A DNA stretch of 64,000 nucleotides from Cycas panzhihuaensis (taxonomy: Eukaryota; Plantae; Cycadophyta). Position numbers and translations under genes: made by a program. The stretch covers positions 166,663,741-166,727,740 of the forward strand of contig CM041465.1 in assembly GCA_023213395.1 (NCBI GenBank), in the 5' to 3' direction. The first letter of the stretch is position 1. Each line of letters starts with the position of its first letter. This document shows, piece by piece, positions 47,249 through 61,200 of the stretch. Under the pieces are notes generated by a model. That model saw only the letters and a program-made list of their open reading frames with translations, made no database searches and was not told the DNA's origin.

Positions 47249-50200
47249 AGTCAACCTTCAAATGATGAAAACATTGCATATGAAACCTGATTGTTGTGAT
47301 TCTAATGTGAAATGATGGTGATTGTAACTTAGAGAGCGTTACCTGATTGTGGGATTGTTGGAGAGGGAGATGAAAAGACAATCTCTTCTATTATTTTTGG
47401 AATGATACAATCACTACACACTCATAATTAATTTACTCATTGATATTTCTCAATTTATATTGAGGATCGTGTACTTAATCATCTGGTTATTCAATTAATT
47501 ATCCCAATTAGTTTTACAAAGAATCAACTAATCTCTAACTATCTAACTAATTGATACCTACCATCTAACTATAATGTCTTTGCACATTGTTGTTGCATTG
47601 AGTAATTCTTGGTTCAAAGGTGGATGAGAATGGGTGGGCATTGGCATCCAATTTCTCATCATTTCTCCCTGCTTAGGAGGAAATTGTCCCCAATTTCACG
47701 TTCAATTGAAAATGAGGAAAGTCTCGATCAAAGATCACCTGTGAAATCCATTTAGCTTGAGTAGGTATGCTTCCTTGTTTGGCAACCAAATATGTTGTAG
47801 TTTTCTTGTGGCGAATGGTGCGTACCCTAGCATCCAAAGGAGTATCTATTGGAAGTGGGAGCTAGAAATTTGACATCATGTCTCTTGGATGTTGCACTTT
47901 TGGAATGTCTTCCAATACAGATGGCTCATATTTCTTGAGATTACTAACATTGGAAATATCCTGCATCCCAAGATGTGTTGGCAAATTGAGGCAAAAAGCA
48001 TTGGTTCTTATGGCCTCAGTAATTGTATAAGGTCCAAACCTTATAGGTTTGAGTTTGTGATGAGCTTGATATTTAAATCTTTGCTTCTCCAAGTGAAACC
48101 AAACCTAATCTCCGAGTTGGAGATTGTGCAAAATTTGATATCAATCTTGTTCAACTTTATACTTGGATTAAGATTGTATGAGTATCTCTTAGTTTTAGGT
48201 AAATCTTTGTGGAAGTTGTTCTTCGAAAGTTGATGCCTTTTGTTGTTCAGTTTGCCCATGTTAGTGATTGGAGTTGGCAATGTGACAGAGTTCATACAGG
48301 GCCACTGGTTGAAACTCATAACAAATTTCAAAAGGTTAATGCCCTGTTGAGCAATATACTGCTTGATTATATCCATGCTGGATCATGGAAAGGAATTGGT
48401 CCCATTGCTTAGTAGTGTGGTGATAAATATAAAGTGCATTAATTATAATGAGGGTATGATTTACCACTTTGGCCATCTATTTGAGGATGAAAAGTTGTGG
48501 AATATATGAGTTGAGTTCCTTGTCGTTTCCATAACGTTTTCCTAAGGAAACGACATCACGATCTAAGATGATAGAAATCAACAACCCATAATGTACCCAT
48601 ATATGTCGAAAAAAGAGTGTGGTTGTGTGTTGTGCATCTATTGTCTTAGTGCATGGAATAAAAATATCCATTTTAGTGAATTTACAAACAATAACCAAGA
48701 TGCAATCAAGCTTTTGTTGAGTCATTGGTAGGCCAAAAATGGACTCCATGGAAATAGATTCCCATGGTTGAGGTGCAACTAGTAATGGTTGGTACAATCC
48801 TCTCTTTCGATTGGCCAGTTTGGTTGTCTACATAAGACACAATGTTGAATGTAGGAATTGATGTGCTTATGCGTTGATGGTCAATAAAAATAACATTGTA
48901 GATGTTGTAGGGTTTTTGAAACCTCGAAGTGATCTCCATAGCTAGAATCATGGGCTTCCTTCAAGAGTTGCCCTTTGTTGCCTCTAGGTACATAAAGTTG
49001 TCCGAGTCAATACAACAAACCATCTTGGAGATGACCTAAAAATGATTGTTGATTCACTTCGTTGCGATGCTAAATGGCGGTATATGCGTTAGCAAAATCT
49101 GGGTTTGATGCATATTGATTTTGCCACTCTTTATAGGCTGCATACCTGATGTTGAGTATATTCAACATTGCACAAATTGGAGGCTTGCTGAAGAAGTTTG
49201 CTATTGTGTTTACCTTTCCTTTTTTGTGCTTGCTGGCCAAATGGAACCATTGTAAGTATGAGGCCCATTGCATATGGCAGTGCTCCTAATTGTGACTAAA
49301 TCTATAAAGATTGCAAGGGTTTGCGATTTGTATGTACAATAGTCTCCTTCCCTAGAAGATAATGATGCTAGTACTTGATTGCTTGGTCAAAGGCATAAAA
49401 GTCCCTGTTATAAGTATTGTAGTTTTGCTTTTCTATTGAAAATGTCTCTGAATGTTAAGCAATGGGATGTTCTCCTTGCTTAAGCAAGGCCCCCATAGCT
49501 ATTTGAGAAACATTTGTCTCTATCTCAAAAGGCTTTTGTATGTTTGGTAATGCAAGAATTGGGCCATGCATACGATGCTCTTCAACCTTTCAAAGGCGAT
49601 TGTCTGGGTAGGCGACTGCATGTGCTACATAAACATAATGGAGTATCAATCTTTTGTGAAAAATTGTATGCTCTAGGAAACTCCAAGGATCAATGAGATT
49701 TGTTGGTGGTGACCAATTGTGAATCATCTAGACCTTCGTAGGATCTATATGGATTCCTTTAAGCATTAATGACATACCCTAGATAAGTTACAAATTCTTG
49801 TACAAAGGAATATTTTCTGTTTCTTTTTTGGGGCCTGTAAATGATTTGCCTGAAGGGCATTCAACACTTGTTGCACATTCTGAAGGTGATGATTGCATGC
49901 TTGGCTATAGATTAGGATGTGATCAAAGGAAGACGATGATGAATTTGCCTCAGAAAGGACAAAGCACATCCTTCATTAATCACATGAAGGAGGTTGGCAC
50001 ATTTTTGAGGCCAAATGGCATGACTAGCCATTCAAACAATCCCAAATAGGTTTTGAATGTCGTCTCCCAAGTGCCACTAGGTTGCATCTTTACTTGATGG
50101 TAACCTGTTGCCAAAGCAATCTTCGTGAAATATTTGGCCCCTTGCATTTCATCTAAGAGATCATCAATGCACAACAATGGATATAACAATTCTGTCATAA

Positions 50201-50878
50201 TGCAGTTAAGACCTCTATAGTAAATACAAAGCCTCCAAGTGCCATCTCTCTTTGGCATGAGTATTACTGGTGATCCACAAGGAGAGGAACTTGGCTGGAT
50301 TCTTCCTTTGTCAATGAGTTCTGTAATTTGCCTTTTAAGTTTTGCCCCTTCTAAGGTTGAAATCTTATAGAGGAGTCCATTTGGCAAAGTAGATCTTGAC
50401 AGTAAATCAATGCTGTGTTGTCCTACATGAAAGGGTGGCAATTCCTTTGGTAGTTCAAAGACATTGGCTTATTCATCCATAAATTGTTGCATTTCTAGAT
50501 GTAGGACTTCAACTTTGGTCTATGGCAAAGTTTCAACTAGCCTAACAAGCAAGATAATGCCTCTTTTTGTAGTATTAGCAAATTTTCTGGCCTAAGAACT
50601 AGTTTTCAAGCTTATTGAGGGTGAAGAAGAATGAAGCTGATAAACAAGATTATCCTTATGCAACTTGTAGGTGTTTGCATCCCTATAATAAATAGCTCTT
50701 CTATCATATTCATAGGGATTGCTTGAAAGGATTTGGCAACAATCCATAGGAGTCACATCATAAGTGGCTATGTCAACAAAGGGTTTCATGGCAAATGTAA
50801 CGTGGTAAATTTTGTCTACTTTGGTAGCCATACCCCCTTTTTTATTGATAGCCCAAATAATAAGGTTGTGGGGAGGTT

Positions 50879-51075
50879 ATATGGTCTAGCGGTGGGCTAC
50901 TCCCATTCTCGGGTGCTTGGCTGCGGATTGATCCTGGGGGTTGTTGTAGTGGGTTCCAAGCGTATTCAACTGGAGGTTGCAGATGTTAAAAGTTGTCCCC
51001 CTAAGTACCGTGAGTGTGGTATAGGTGGGTGGGTGGGTGTGTCCAGATTCCCCCTCACACGAATTAAAAAAAAAA
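50879..51075 (+). mobile_element. tRNA-derived SINE (~200 bp)
   Basis: A box TGGTCTAGCGG 50882-50892; B-box-like GGATTGATCC 50925-50934; A10 tail; TSD GGGAGGTT (50871-50878, 51078-51085); interrupts the protease of element B. Confidence 0.75.
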
Positions 51076-52765
51076 TAGGGAGGTTCAATTCTTTAACCAA
51101 CTTATCAAAGACCAAAAATTTTATGTTTTCATTACAAATAATGCAAAGTACCACGTGATCCTTCACCTAACAGTTTCGGGTAAAAAGAACTTCCCTCTTT
51201 GAGGCAATGGAGTCTTGAGTTATCAAATCCAAGTTGGGAAAGTACCACACGATCCTTTACTTGATAATTTTGGGTAAAAAAAGCTTTCCTCTCTGAGGCA
51301 CTGAAGTTTTGGGTCATTAAAACCAAGTTGGGATCGACCACTAGCTGGTTGGTGACTAATGTTGTCGGTGCTTTGGTTGTTTCATTGGATGAGCTAGCTT
51401 CTTTAGTGATGAGAGTCCTTGCCTTTGCCTTGTACTATTGCTCTTGTTTTCTGCACTCTTCATTAGAGTGGTTGATAATTTTATGGAGTGTGCAAAACGT
51501 TTTTGCCAATCTATCTTTGGTTGTTGTTGTTGTTGTTGCAGTCATAGTCAGTGTGTGTTGTTGTCGATATGGCTTTGATGAGATTGCTTCATTTTTTTGA
51601 TGATATGGTTGTTTCTGATGGTGGTGTTGTCGCGATGGCTATTATAGTTGCTGTAGCTTAGGTCAAACTAGCCTCTTGTGTACTTTACTTTCAACTTTTA
51701 AAGCATATTGAAAGGTTTCATCGAGTGAAGTAATTTTGAACAGATCAAACTCTTGCTATAAAGAGGGGAAGAGTCCACTCAAAAACTTAAGTTTGAGTGT
51801 TTGTTCTATGTCTAGAGTTTCTACCATTATGGCTATTTCATTAAATATGCCTATATATTGCTGGACATATTGTCTACATTGTTGTTGTGGCCATTTCTTT
51901 ATTCGCTCTTTTGTGTACTCGAGTGGGTAAAATTGAGCTTGAAGAATTGCTTTGAATTTTTCCCATGTGGTGATGATTGGATGCATCCGTACATATGTCT
52001 GCCACTATACGAGTGCTTGCTTTGACATGTGTATTTCTATCATTGCGATCTTTTCTACTTCAGTCAAAGTTTGGCACTTAAAATATGTTTCGAGATTTCA
52101 AATCCAACTATCTAAAGCTTTGGCATTAATTGTGCCATAAAACTTTGGGATAGTTATGTGAGTGCCCAATTTAAACTGCAACTATTAGATGGAGATTGGT
52201 GTAGGGACCTATGCTTGTTGCGCTTGTTGACCTTGCAAAAGTTGTTGAGTCTATTGAGATTGATGAACCATTAGTTGTTGAAACATGGTCATCATGTTCT
52301 GCAAACTATGTTCCATCACTTGAGCAAAGGCTGGAGATGGTTTCTTTGATTCTTGCCTAGAATAAGGCTTGCTATTCACTGCTCAGTTCTCTCTATCGTT
52401 TCCTGTTTGAAGGAGACTTGTTTTCCTTTATGAGGCATTGTTAGGGTATATTTTGGCACATAATTTATGGGAAAGATGGAATCCAAGCATGTACTGACCA
52501 GAGGATTGTAGGTACGGGCCGTACAAAGGTACTCATAGTAGGAATTAATGAAATACATGTTGTCTGGGTACATATTATAGGTACGTATCTTTTTAGGTAC
52601 GCAATACAGGGTGCGTACCTTTTTGGGTACGCTAGCAGACGAAATAGTGTATGCATGATTAGAGCAAACCTAAAGGCGCCAAGATCTAATGATGTCGGCC
52701 TAGATGGAGATGCATACAGATAGAAAAGAGACCATTAAACTGAATTAATCATGTGATTAAATAAA

Positions 52766-55700
52766 TGTTAGCAATCTCAATTGAGATGAAGCAAAGAAAA
52801 CTTGTATTCCATGGAGATCTAATCTCCTTTAAATATACATCTTGAAAGATGACCATTACAAACTGAATTGTAATCGATCCATACATGACAGCCAAGTCTC
52901 ATTACCTTAGACTTAAAGTTACATTTAAGGGTGTCCCAACATGACCCCTTTTGCGCCTAGATAAAACATTACATCTCAACACCCTCTCTTAATGTTTTAT
53001 CTCTAACAAGCCTAATTTGTTTCTTAGGTATTGAAGTCTCTCTTTTCCAAGTGATTTTGTGGAGATCTGCAACTTGTTCAGAAGATGGGCAATATTCCAT
53101 GTCAATTTCCCTGTCCATGGATTTTTTCCCTATGTGCTTGGTTCTTGCATGAAGAACTGGATTTTTGGTCAACTTGATGGCGCTCTGAATGTCACACTTT
53201 AGAGGAGTTGCTTCATTCTGTCGTTGTTCTAGATCGGTCAGTAGCTGTCTCAACCAGATGGCTTTGCATGTTGCTGTCACAGTTGCTTTTTATTCGACCT
53301 CAGCGGAAGACAATGCAACAATAGCTTGTTTTTTGCTGCACCATGAAATTACTGAGGAACCTAGAATAAAACAATATCCACTAGTTGATTTCCTTTGTTC
53401 CTTGTCTCCTGCCCAGTTGGAATCGCAAAAGCCTGACAATTTAGTTGATCCTCCTTTGGGATATACCAGTTTTAGGTTTGCTGTTCCCTTTAGGTATCTT
53501 AAAATTCTCTTTGCGGCCTTCCAGTGTCTTACTTTAGGATTCTGCATATATCTGATACTAATTCCACTGAGTGAGATATATCAGGCCTAGTAGCTGTTAG
53601 ATAGACTAGACTTCCGATCATTTCTCTGTATAAGGTGATGTCTACTGCCTCCTCCGTATCATCTGCCATTAATTCACAATTTGTTTCCATGGGTGTGGCA
53701 CAAGAATTGTAATTTTTTATCTAAAACCTAGTTAACAGATCTCTGATGTATTTGCTCTGGGACAGAGTTACATAACCTTGTCGTTGATTTATTACTAATC
53801 CTAGGTAGTAGTTTAAGAGGCCCAAGTCTTTTATTTTAAATTCTTGCTTGAGTTCTTTTATGTCTTTAGTGGCTTCTTCATCATTTCCGGTGAGAAGCAT
53901 ATCATCGATATAAACAACAATTATTGTGATTTTGTCATCCTTTTTACTTATGTACAAGTTGGGGTCTGAATAACATCGTTTAAAATTGTTCTCGCATAGG
54001 TAATGATCTAATTTTGCGTACCAGAGTTACATAACCTTGTTGTTGATTTATTTCTAATCCTAGGTAGTAGTTTAAGAGGCCCAAGTCTGTTATTTCAAAT
54101 TCTTGATTGAGTTGTTCTTTTATGTCTTTAGTGGCTTCTTCATCATTCTCAGTGAGAAGCATATCATCGACATAAACAACAATTATTGTGATTTTGTCAT
54201 CCTTTTTACTTATGTTCAAGCTGGGGTTTGAATAACATCGTTTAAAACTGTTCTCGAGGAGCTTGCTTTAATCCATACAATGCCTTTTTTAGTTTGCATA
54301 CTAGATGCTCTTGTCCTTCTGTGACATATCCTTCGGGCTGTTTCATGCAAACTTCTTCTTCCAATTCTCCATTCAAAAAGGCACTTTTTACATCTAGTTG
54401 AGAGATTTTCCAATTCTGTGCAACAGCTAGTAGAATTATTGTCCTTACAATGTTCATCTTGGCCACAGGGGAGAAGGTTTCTTCAAAGTCTACTCCGACT
54501 GTTTGAGTGTATCCCTTCGCGACCAGTCGTGCTTTGTATTTCTGTATTTTGCCATTGGTTCCTTCCTTGACTTTATAGACCCGTTTGCAGCTGACAACAT
54601 ATTTGTTGGCAGGTAATTCTACCAATTCCCACGTCTGATTCTTCTTAATTGAATCCATTTCATTGTCCATGGTTGTCTTCCACACATGTTGATCTTTGGC
54701 TTCTTGGAAAGTCTGAGATTCGACTTTGCTTAGCAGGGCCTTTGGCTTTTGGCTTCTTGTTCTGTGTTCAAGCACATTGCCTTTTCCTTCCTCAATTGTT
54801 TTGATGAACCATCTAGGTAACTTCTTTTGTTTTTGTGTGCCTTTTTCAATGTCCGTCTCTTCCATTGGTTGTTCTATGACTGATTCTGCTTCATCTGTCA
54901 TTTCATTTTGGACTGACGAAGAGGAAGGGGATGATCCTGCAGAGGGTACTTCTTCTGGAGTGATTTTGGACACAGCTTCTTGTTTTGTCTCTTTCTCATT
55001 TTCTTCAATTATTCTAACTTGTGTAGTCTCATTTGAATTGTCTCCTTCATTGAAAACCACATCTCTACTTACATAGATTTTATTGGACTTAAGATCTATG
55101 CATTTGTAGGCCTTGGAGTTTTTACTATAGCTATCATAATACATTCTATGCTTTTTGCATCTATTTTAAACCTTTTTTGGTCAGGTATGTGAACAAAAGC
55201 TTGGCTACCAAAAACTTTAAGTGAACTCACATCAGGTTTCCTACCTGTCCAGGCTTCTTCTTGGGTGATGTCCTTCAAAGGTTTTGTTGGACTTCGGTTT
55301 ATCAGGTAGCAAGTAGTACTTATTGCCTCTGCCCAATAACATTTTGGCACATTCTTTTCATAAACCATACTTCTTGCCATCTCCATTAAAGTCCTGCTTT
55401 TCTTTTCTACGACTTTGTTCGACTGTGGTGTGTAAGGAGTTGTGATCTGTCTACGAATTCCCTGGAACTTGCAATAGTTTAAGAATTCCTTTGATATGTA
55501 TTCACCCCCTCCATCTGATCTGATGCATTTAATTTTTGTTCCTAACTCCATCTCTGCTTCTGCTTTAAATTCTTTGAACAATTCAAAAACTTATGATTTG
55601 TTATGGAGAAAGTATACCCACACTTTCCGAGTAAAATCATCAATAAAGGTTAGGAAATACTTGCAACCATTGATTGAAAGTGGTGTGATGGGACCACAAA

Positions 55701-58200
55701 GGTCCGTATGAATCAATTCTAACTTTGATTGCGCTCTCCAAGTGCTTTCTTTAAATGGATGTCGGTGCTGTTTGCCAAATTGGCAACCTTTGCAGACAAA
55801 GTTATCGGAAGAGATATGAGGCAGCCCATTTACTATTCTTGATTTTTCCATTGATTTTAGTGTCTCAATTGGGAGATGTCCATACTTCAAATGCCAAATT
55901 TTATTACTAGTTTTGACAATAGTACAAGCTTTCTCTTCCACATTGGGAAGTACAGGATCTGACAAGAGTTTGTACAGATCATTACATCTTATGCCTTTTG
56001 CAAGGATTTCTCCTTTATTCTTTATGTCTAGAATGTGATAATATCCTTCTTCATCAAAAATTGTTCTTAATCCCTTTTTACTAAGTTGTGAAATAGAAAG
56101 AAGATTCATTTTTAGTCCAGGGACTAGCAAAACATTTTCAATTTTCTTTATATTTCCCTGCAGATTGATGGCGATGGTTCCAACCCCTTTTATATCAAGT
56201 GGGTATTTATCTCCTAGTTCAACCGATTTGTCGAAGTTGCAGGGCTTTAGAGTCTCAAACCAATCTTCACGGTTGGTCATATGTCGTGAAGCTCCTGAAT
56301 CAACATACCATATGTCGTCGTCTTTTAGACTGGTAGCCAAGGCAACAATGAATGCAGTCTTTTCTTCCTCTTCTTCTGTTTTTTCCTTGCTATATCCTCC
56401 AACAGGTTGTTTCCCTTTCTGGATCTCACTCCTTCGTCATGGGCATTGATATGGATAATGCCTTGCACTTGCATGATGGTAGCAAATGTCAAAAATTATG
56501 CCATTCTTTGGAGATGTGCCCGATTTTACGCTTAAAGCAGTTACGGTATCTCTACTTCGTCCACGTCCTCTGGATTCTTGCCAACGTCCACGCCTTCTAA
56601 AGTCCGGTGTCGAGCCTCGTCCACGAGTCTGGTTTCTCTCACGTGGGCCTAGATTCAATCTAGATGCAAATGCATCTTCCAGTTTCGAAGAATCCTCATA
56701 CCTCTTGTTTCTCTGTTCCTCTCTTAACAGCAGCCCTGTTAATTCATCAAGAGTCATTTAATCAATTTGATCACTATTTGTGATAGTGTTAATGGTTATG
56801 TCGAAAGATTTTGGCAACTTGGTTGCTACCAGTTCCACCAACTCTTGTTTTGAGATCAAACCTCCTACACTCAATAGATTATTTCGAATTGAAATAACCT
56901 TGTGTATGAACTCTGTTACAGTCTCACTTTCTTTCATGTGCAGTCTATATAATTCTTCTTTAAGTGCAATTATCCTAGCTTTGTTCTTCTGCCCATACAA
57001 ATTCTCAAGACATTTCCAAATAGCAGAAGATGAATTCAGTTCTTCAACATATACCAAGATTGAGTCAGAAATTGACATTTTTAGGGTGAGCATTCCTATA
57101 TTATCTCTTTCCTCCTAATTTGCCAGCTTTGGATTTGAGCCATTTGGACGAATTTCAGTTCCATTTGCAATGTTCCAAGCATTTTTAACTCTCAAAATGG
57201 TTTCTACCTTAATCTTTCAGGCACGATAATTAGGATCAGTTAATTTTTCTTGTTCTGGCAAAGATATGAATGTAGAGGTCATTGAACTTGAGAAAATCTG
57301 AGATAACAGAGTCTGAGGCGTACACTTGTACGGATTTTCGTACAAAAATGAAGCTCTACAGATTTGGACAAAATGCATCTCAAAAGAAAGAGGGTGAAGA
57401 GAGGATCTCGAATCTGGTATTAGTTTTCCAAAATAGCTTTTAGATTATGAAAAAATTGGCTCGAAAGACGAGGAGGCACGGTTACGGTAAAACACGATTT
57501 AGCTTGTATCTTCAAGAAAACTCCACCAAATTCCTCAATATCGGTCACAATGTCTTCTTAATACTAGTATGTAGAGTTTATAACAGATTTGATCCAAAAA
57601 TCTGTGAAAATATGAAAGAAATCTGTGAATATACCTCAAAACCCATGCGGACTGGTAATGTGGCCAAAACCGCCTTCAAACTTGCTCGGATGACTTCGAC
57701 CCTGAAGAGAAAAATGACGGGGAGGTCGAGATCTACTTGCTGGTGAAATTTTGTCTCAATCTGAGACACTTGATTTTCCCTATCTGCATACCGCATTTGC
57801 CTCATACATAGGTCATACAATGCCTTTAATCGTCTCCAGATTTGCCCTTCTAGCAATCTTGACTCTCAGTCTGGCCTTTGTTGGCTTCTGCATTTGCTGG
57901 CTTCTCTGCCTGTCTTGCACTAGGACTGCCTTTTTCAAACCCCAAACCCTCTCTCAAATAGGCAGGGTGACCTGCTTTGATACCATGTTAGCAATCTCAA
58001 TTGAGATGAAGCAAAGAAAACTTGTATTCCATGGAGATCTAGTCTCCTTTAAATATACATCTTGAAAGATGACCGTTACAAACTAAATTGTAACTGATCC
58101 ATACATGACAGCCAAGTGTCATTACCTTAAACTTAAGTTACATTTAAAGGTGTCCCAACATGACCCCTTTTGCACCTAGTTAAAACATTACATCTCAACA
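52766..58200 (-). mobile_element. full-length degenerate Ty1/copia #4 (related to #2)
   Basis: LTRs 52766-52981 and 57986-58200; TSD ATAAA/ATGAA; PBS 57974-57985; PPT 52982-52990; WYVDSGASRHM, HTDLCGP, SDGGGEY, KYKARLVAKGY, YIDD, GFCDSNWAGD. Confidence 0.96.
52995..57282 (-). pseudogene. copia #4 gag-pol polyprotein
   Basis: ORFs 56758-57093, 55591-56340, 55096-55581, 54242-55144, 53290-53547, 52969-53280. Confidence 0.92.
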
Positions 58201-61200
58201 ATGAAAAGGTACATTGGTTACAAAAAGGTATGGTTATGACTTTGGGTCATAACCTTTCACTCAAAAGGCATCAAAAGGAGGTATTTAATGATACCTTGGG
58301 AATCAATTTAGGGGTGAGAGCCAAGATTCAATCCATGAGGCAGTAGAGGAGTACAGATACAAAGGAAGACAATATGGATTGAGGATTCAACAGATGCATT
58401 TCGTGATACATTCTGTTTTGGAATATATGTGATAGAATAGTGTGTATATGGCTAGAATGTATATAGGATACGTTCTAGAACCAAATGTACTGATCTTATT
58501 ACTTAATAAAGTGAAGAGTTACGTGAAAGATTGTGTATTAGGTGTGTCATGATGATTGCATAAGGAAAATATGTTGATTGATGTACTTCTGTGCTAAATT
58601 CATAATGACGTTGGGATGAATTAAGTGTGAATGTGTGATAATATTGTGTATGGAAGCCTTAATAATAGTTAACAGGAATATAAGCATGTTGATTGTATCT
58701 TAAGCTAGACTACCAACCAATGATCCCTTGACAAGCGAACCTATTTCAATAGGGAGATTGGAAAAGCCAATAGGCATATTGGACTTGAACAAAATGCAAA
58801 ACCTGATATTCAAAGATTAATTACTCCTTATTGGGAGATTTTATTTACCATGGGCTTGATTAAAATAGGGAGGAATGTGTTTTCTCTCATTAGCAGGTGG
58901 CTTTTTAATGTCTTTAAGTTGCTATATTGTCATTTGCCTCAAGCAATTTTGTCCAAAAATAATTAATTTTCACACTTGCCCTTTGCAAATTGAAAAAAAT
59001 GATTTTATCTACATGTAACCCCTACAATTTTGAAAAGAATGATGCTTTTTTTTTTGTTGTTGTTAAAGGCCTTATAGATGATGCAAAATGACATATTTGT
59101 GAATTGTTCCAATATTAAAGAGTATGCTAGGAATATGCTTTTTGAATATGCTAGGAATATACCAAAGCTAATATATAACTATAACTTTAGAAATCAAAAT
59201 TCTTTTTTATGCTTATAGCTCTCGTAATGATTTTCTTCACTACAATTTTTTTTCTTTTCAATTTCACCTCTTTCCCCCTGATTTTTGTGGCATTCGTGGG
59301 TGGATTAGTCTTGACTTTGCTTTGTGGCTATGTTTTTGAGTAGATGCGTGGCTTTGTGCTCTTAGATTTTTGGTGTCCAATTATGACAGTACTGGCATTT
59401 TCCCTCACACATTGCTTGGCAGGCATCTCACAAGTGAACAGACAATCCTCCTTCATTCTACTTCTAGGGCATCAAATTCTAGAGTCTTTTTTAGATTTTC
59501 TTGTTTAGGAATGGTGGTCTCTGGACTTCATGATCGTTTGTCATGATATTTTGCTTTGATACCATCTGATATAAAATGATGGTGATTGTAACTCAGAGAA
59601 TGTCTCTTGATTGTTGGATTGTTGAAGAGGGGGAGATGAAAAGACAATCTCTTCTATTATCTCTAGAATAATACAACCGCTAAACATTCATAATCAATCT
59701 GCACAATGATATGCCTCAATTTATATTACGGACCTTGTACCTAATCATCTAGTTATTCAATTAACTGTCTTAGTTAATTTTACAAACAATTAGCTAATCT
59801 CTAACTATCTAACTAATTAATACCTACCATCTAACTATAAATGCAAAGTCTTTATACACTTGTTACATTGAGTAATCCTTCGTTGAAAGGTGGATGAGAA
59901 TGGATATGCATTGGCATCTAATTTCTCATGAGATTTATTTTTTGATTTTGCATATTCTTTTTGAGATCTTTGCACCTGTATAAAAATTTATAGGAAAAAC
60001 ATATAACAAGAGGCCATTTTGGAGCTCCATTCAAGTTCTAGTACTCAAAAGGTGGAGACAACCCCACTTCGATGAAACGCAGAGCACACCTTTGTGAAAA
60101 GACATGGTGTAGAAATATGTCAAACTTTTTAAACAAATTAAGGAGCTCCAACATACCTCACATGTAGTAATGTTGCTTAGTGACTTCATAAGGACGTTAT
60201 AGGGCATAATGAAACAACTCATAGTGGACATTATTAGCCTAGTAGATGGTGTGGATAAAGCCCTTCACCTGAAAAGACAGGTAGGCATATCAGGTGGTGA
60301 CGAGACTATGAAAGAAAGGTTCTCACTTGAATCCAAAGGAGTAGAAGGCTCAATTATTAAGAAGATGAGGGTTCATCTAGAGTTCTTTGATCCAGACAAG
60401 AATCAATACGTATGTGCATGGTTAGCAAAGATGCAAACATATTTGACATGCAACCCTGTTTCGACAAGGGAAAAATCCTTTTTGCATCCTTGCATCTAAG
60501 CGATAGAGCATTACATTGGGTTGACATGGTGGCGCAACCATTATGAGAATACAACAAATTTCAATTGAGCTTTTTTCAAACAGGCAATTTGTGAGCAATA
60601 TGCAAATATATGGGACTGAGATTTTTATTCAAGACTCAATAGATTTCAACAAACGGGGATGGTACAACAATATACAGAGGAATTCTAGAACCTGTAGAGC
60701 ATGTTGCCTAATCAAATAAATGATAAGTTCCTATTGAAAACATATCTAGGAAGCTTAGAGGAAAGCATTTGATTTAGACTAGAGTCCTTAATAATCATCA
60801 ATTTCAGGCAAGTGATGGTTTAGGCCCGTAATGTTGAAGTTGAATTACAAGCAAACTTCACAATGTTGGAACCAAGAAGCAATCACAGTAATTATAAGGA
60901 TACGTTGCATGCGATCCCTATTTCATAGGTCTTAGGACCCATCTTGAATGCAATTGTTCATTGATAGCATAACACTTTAAACAAGGCATGTGTTTCAAAT
61001 GTGATAAAAAAATAGAGTAATGATCATTCATGTCTCTTTGGACAATCTACGCAAAAAATTATATGCAATGGAGAATGATAAGTCCATAATGGTGAGGAAA
61101 TACCAAACTCAACCATTGACAATGAACAAATCATTGAGGGCTTGGCTTTAGAGGAAGAAAATGACATCTTAGGCATGGAAATCTCTTTATAATCCATAAT

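Larger units (their letters stand above)
47303..59931 (-). mobile_element. Ty3/gypsy chromovirus-like element B (hosts the SINE and copia #4)
   Basis: LTRs 47303-47661 and 59567-59931; TSD GATTC/GATTT; PBS TGGTATCAAAGC 59553-59564; gag from ATG 52438, RT (WRLCIYYRGLN, WLVMPFGL), IN (WESISME), chromodomain-like tail ~47700-47850. Confidence 0.92.

Noticed and set aside
954-57118. Numerous antisense ORFs overlapping gag-pol regions
   Set aside because: Shadow frames of retroelement coding sequence.
52690-58273. Possible small LTR (TGATGTC...GGCATCA) split by copia #4
   Set aside because: Flanks TCTAA/AAAGG give no TSD; unsupported.
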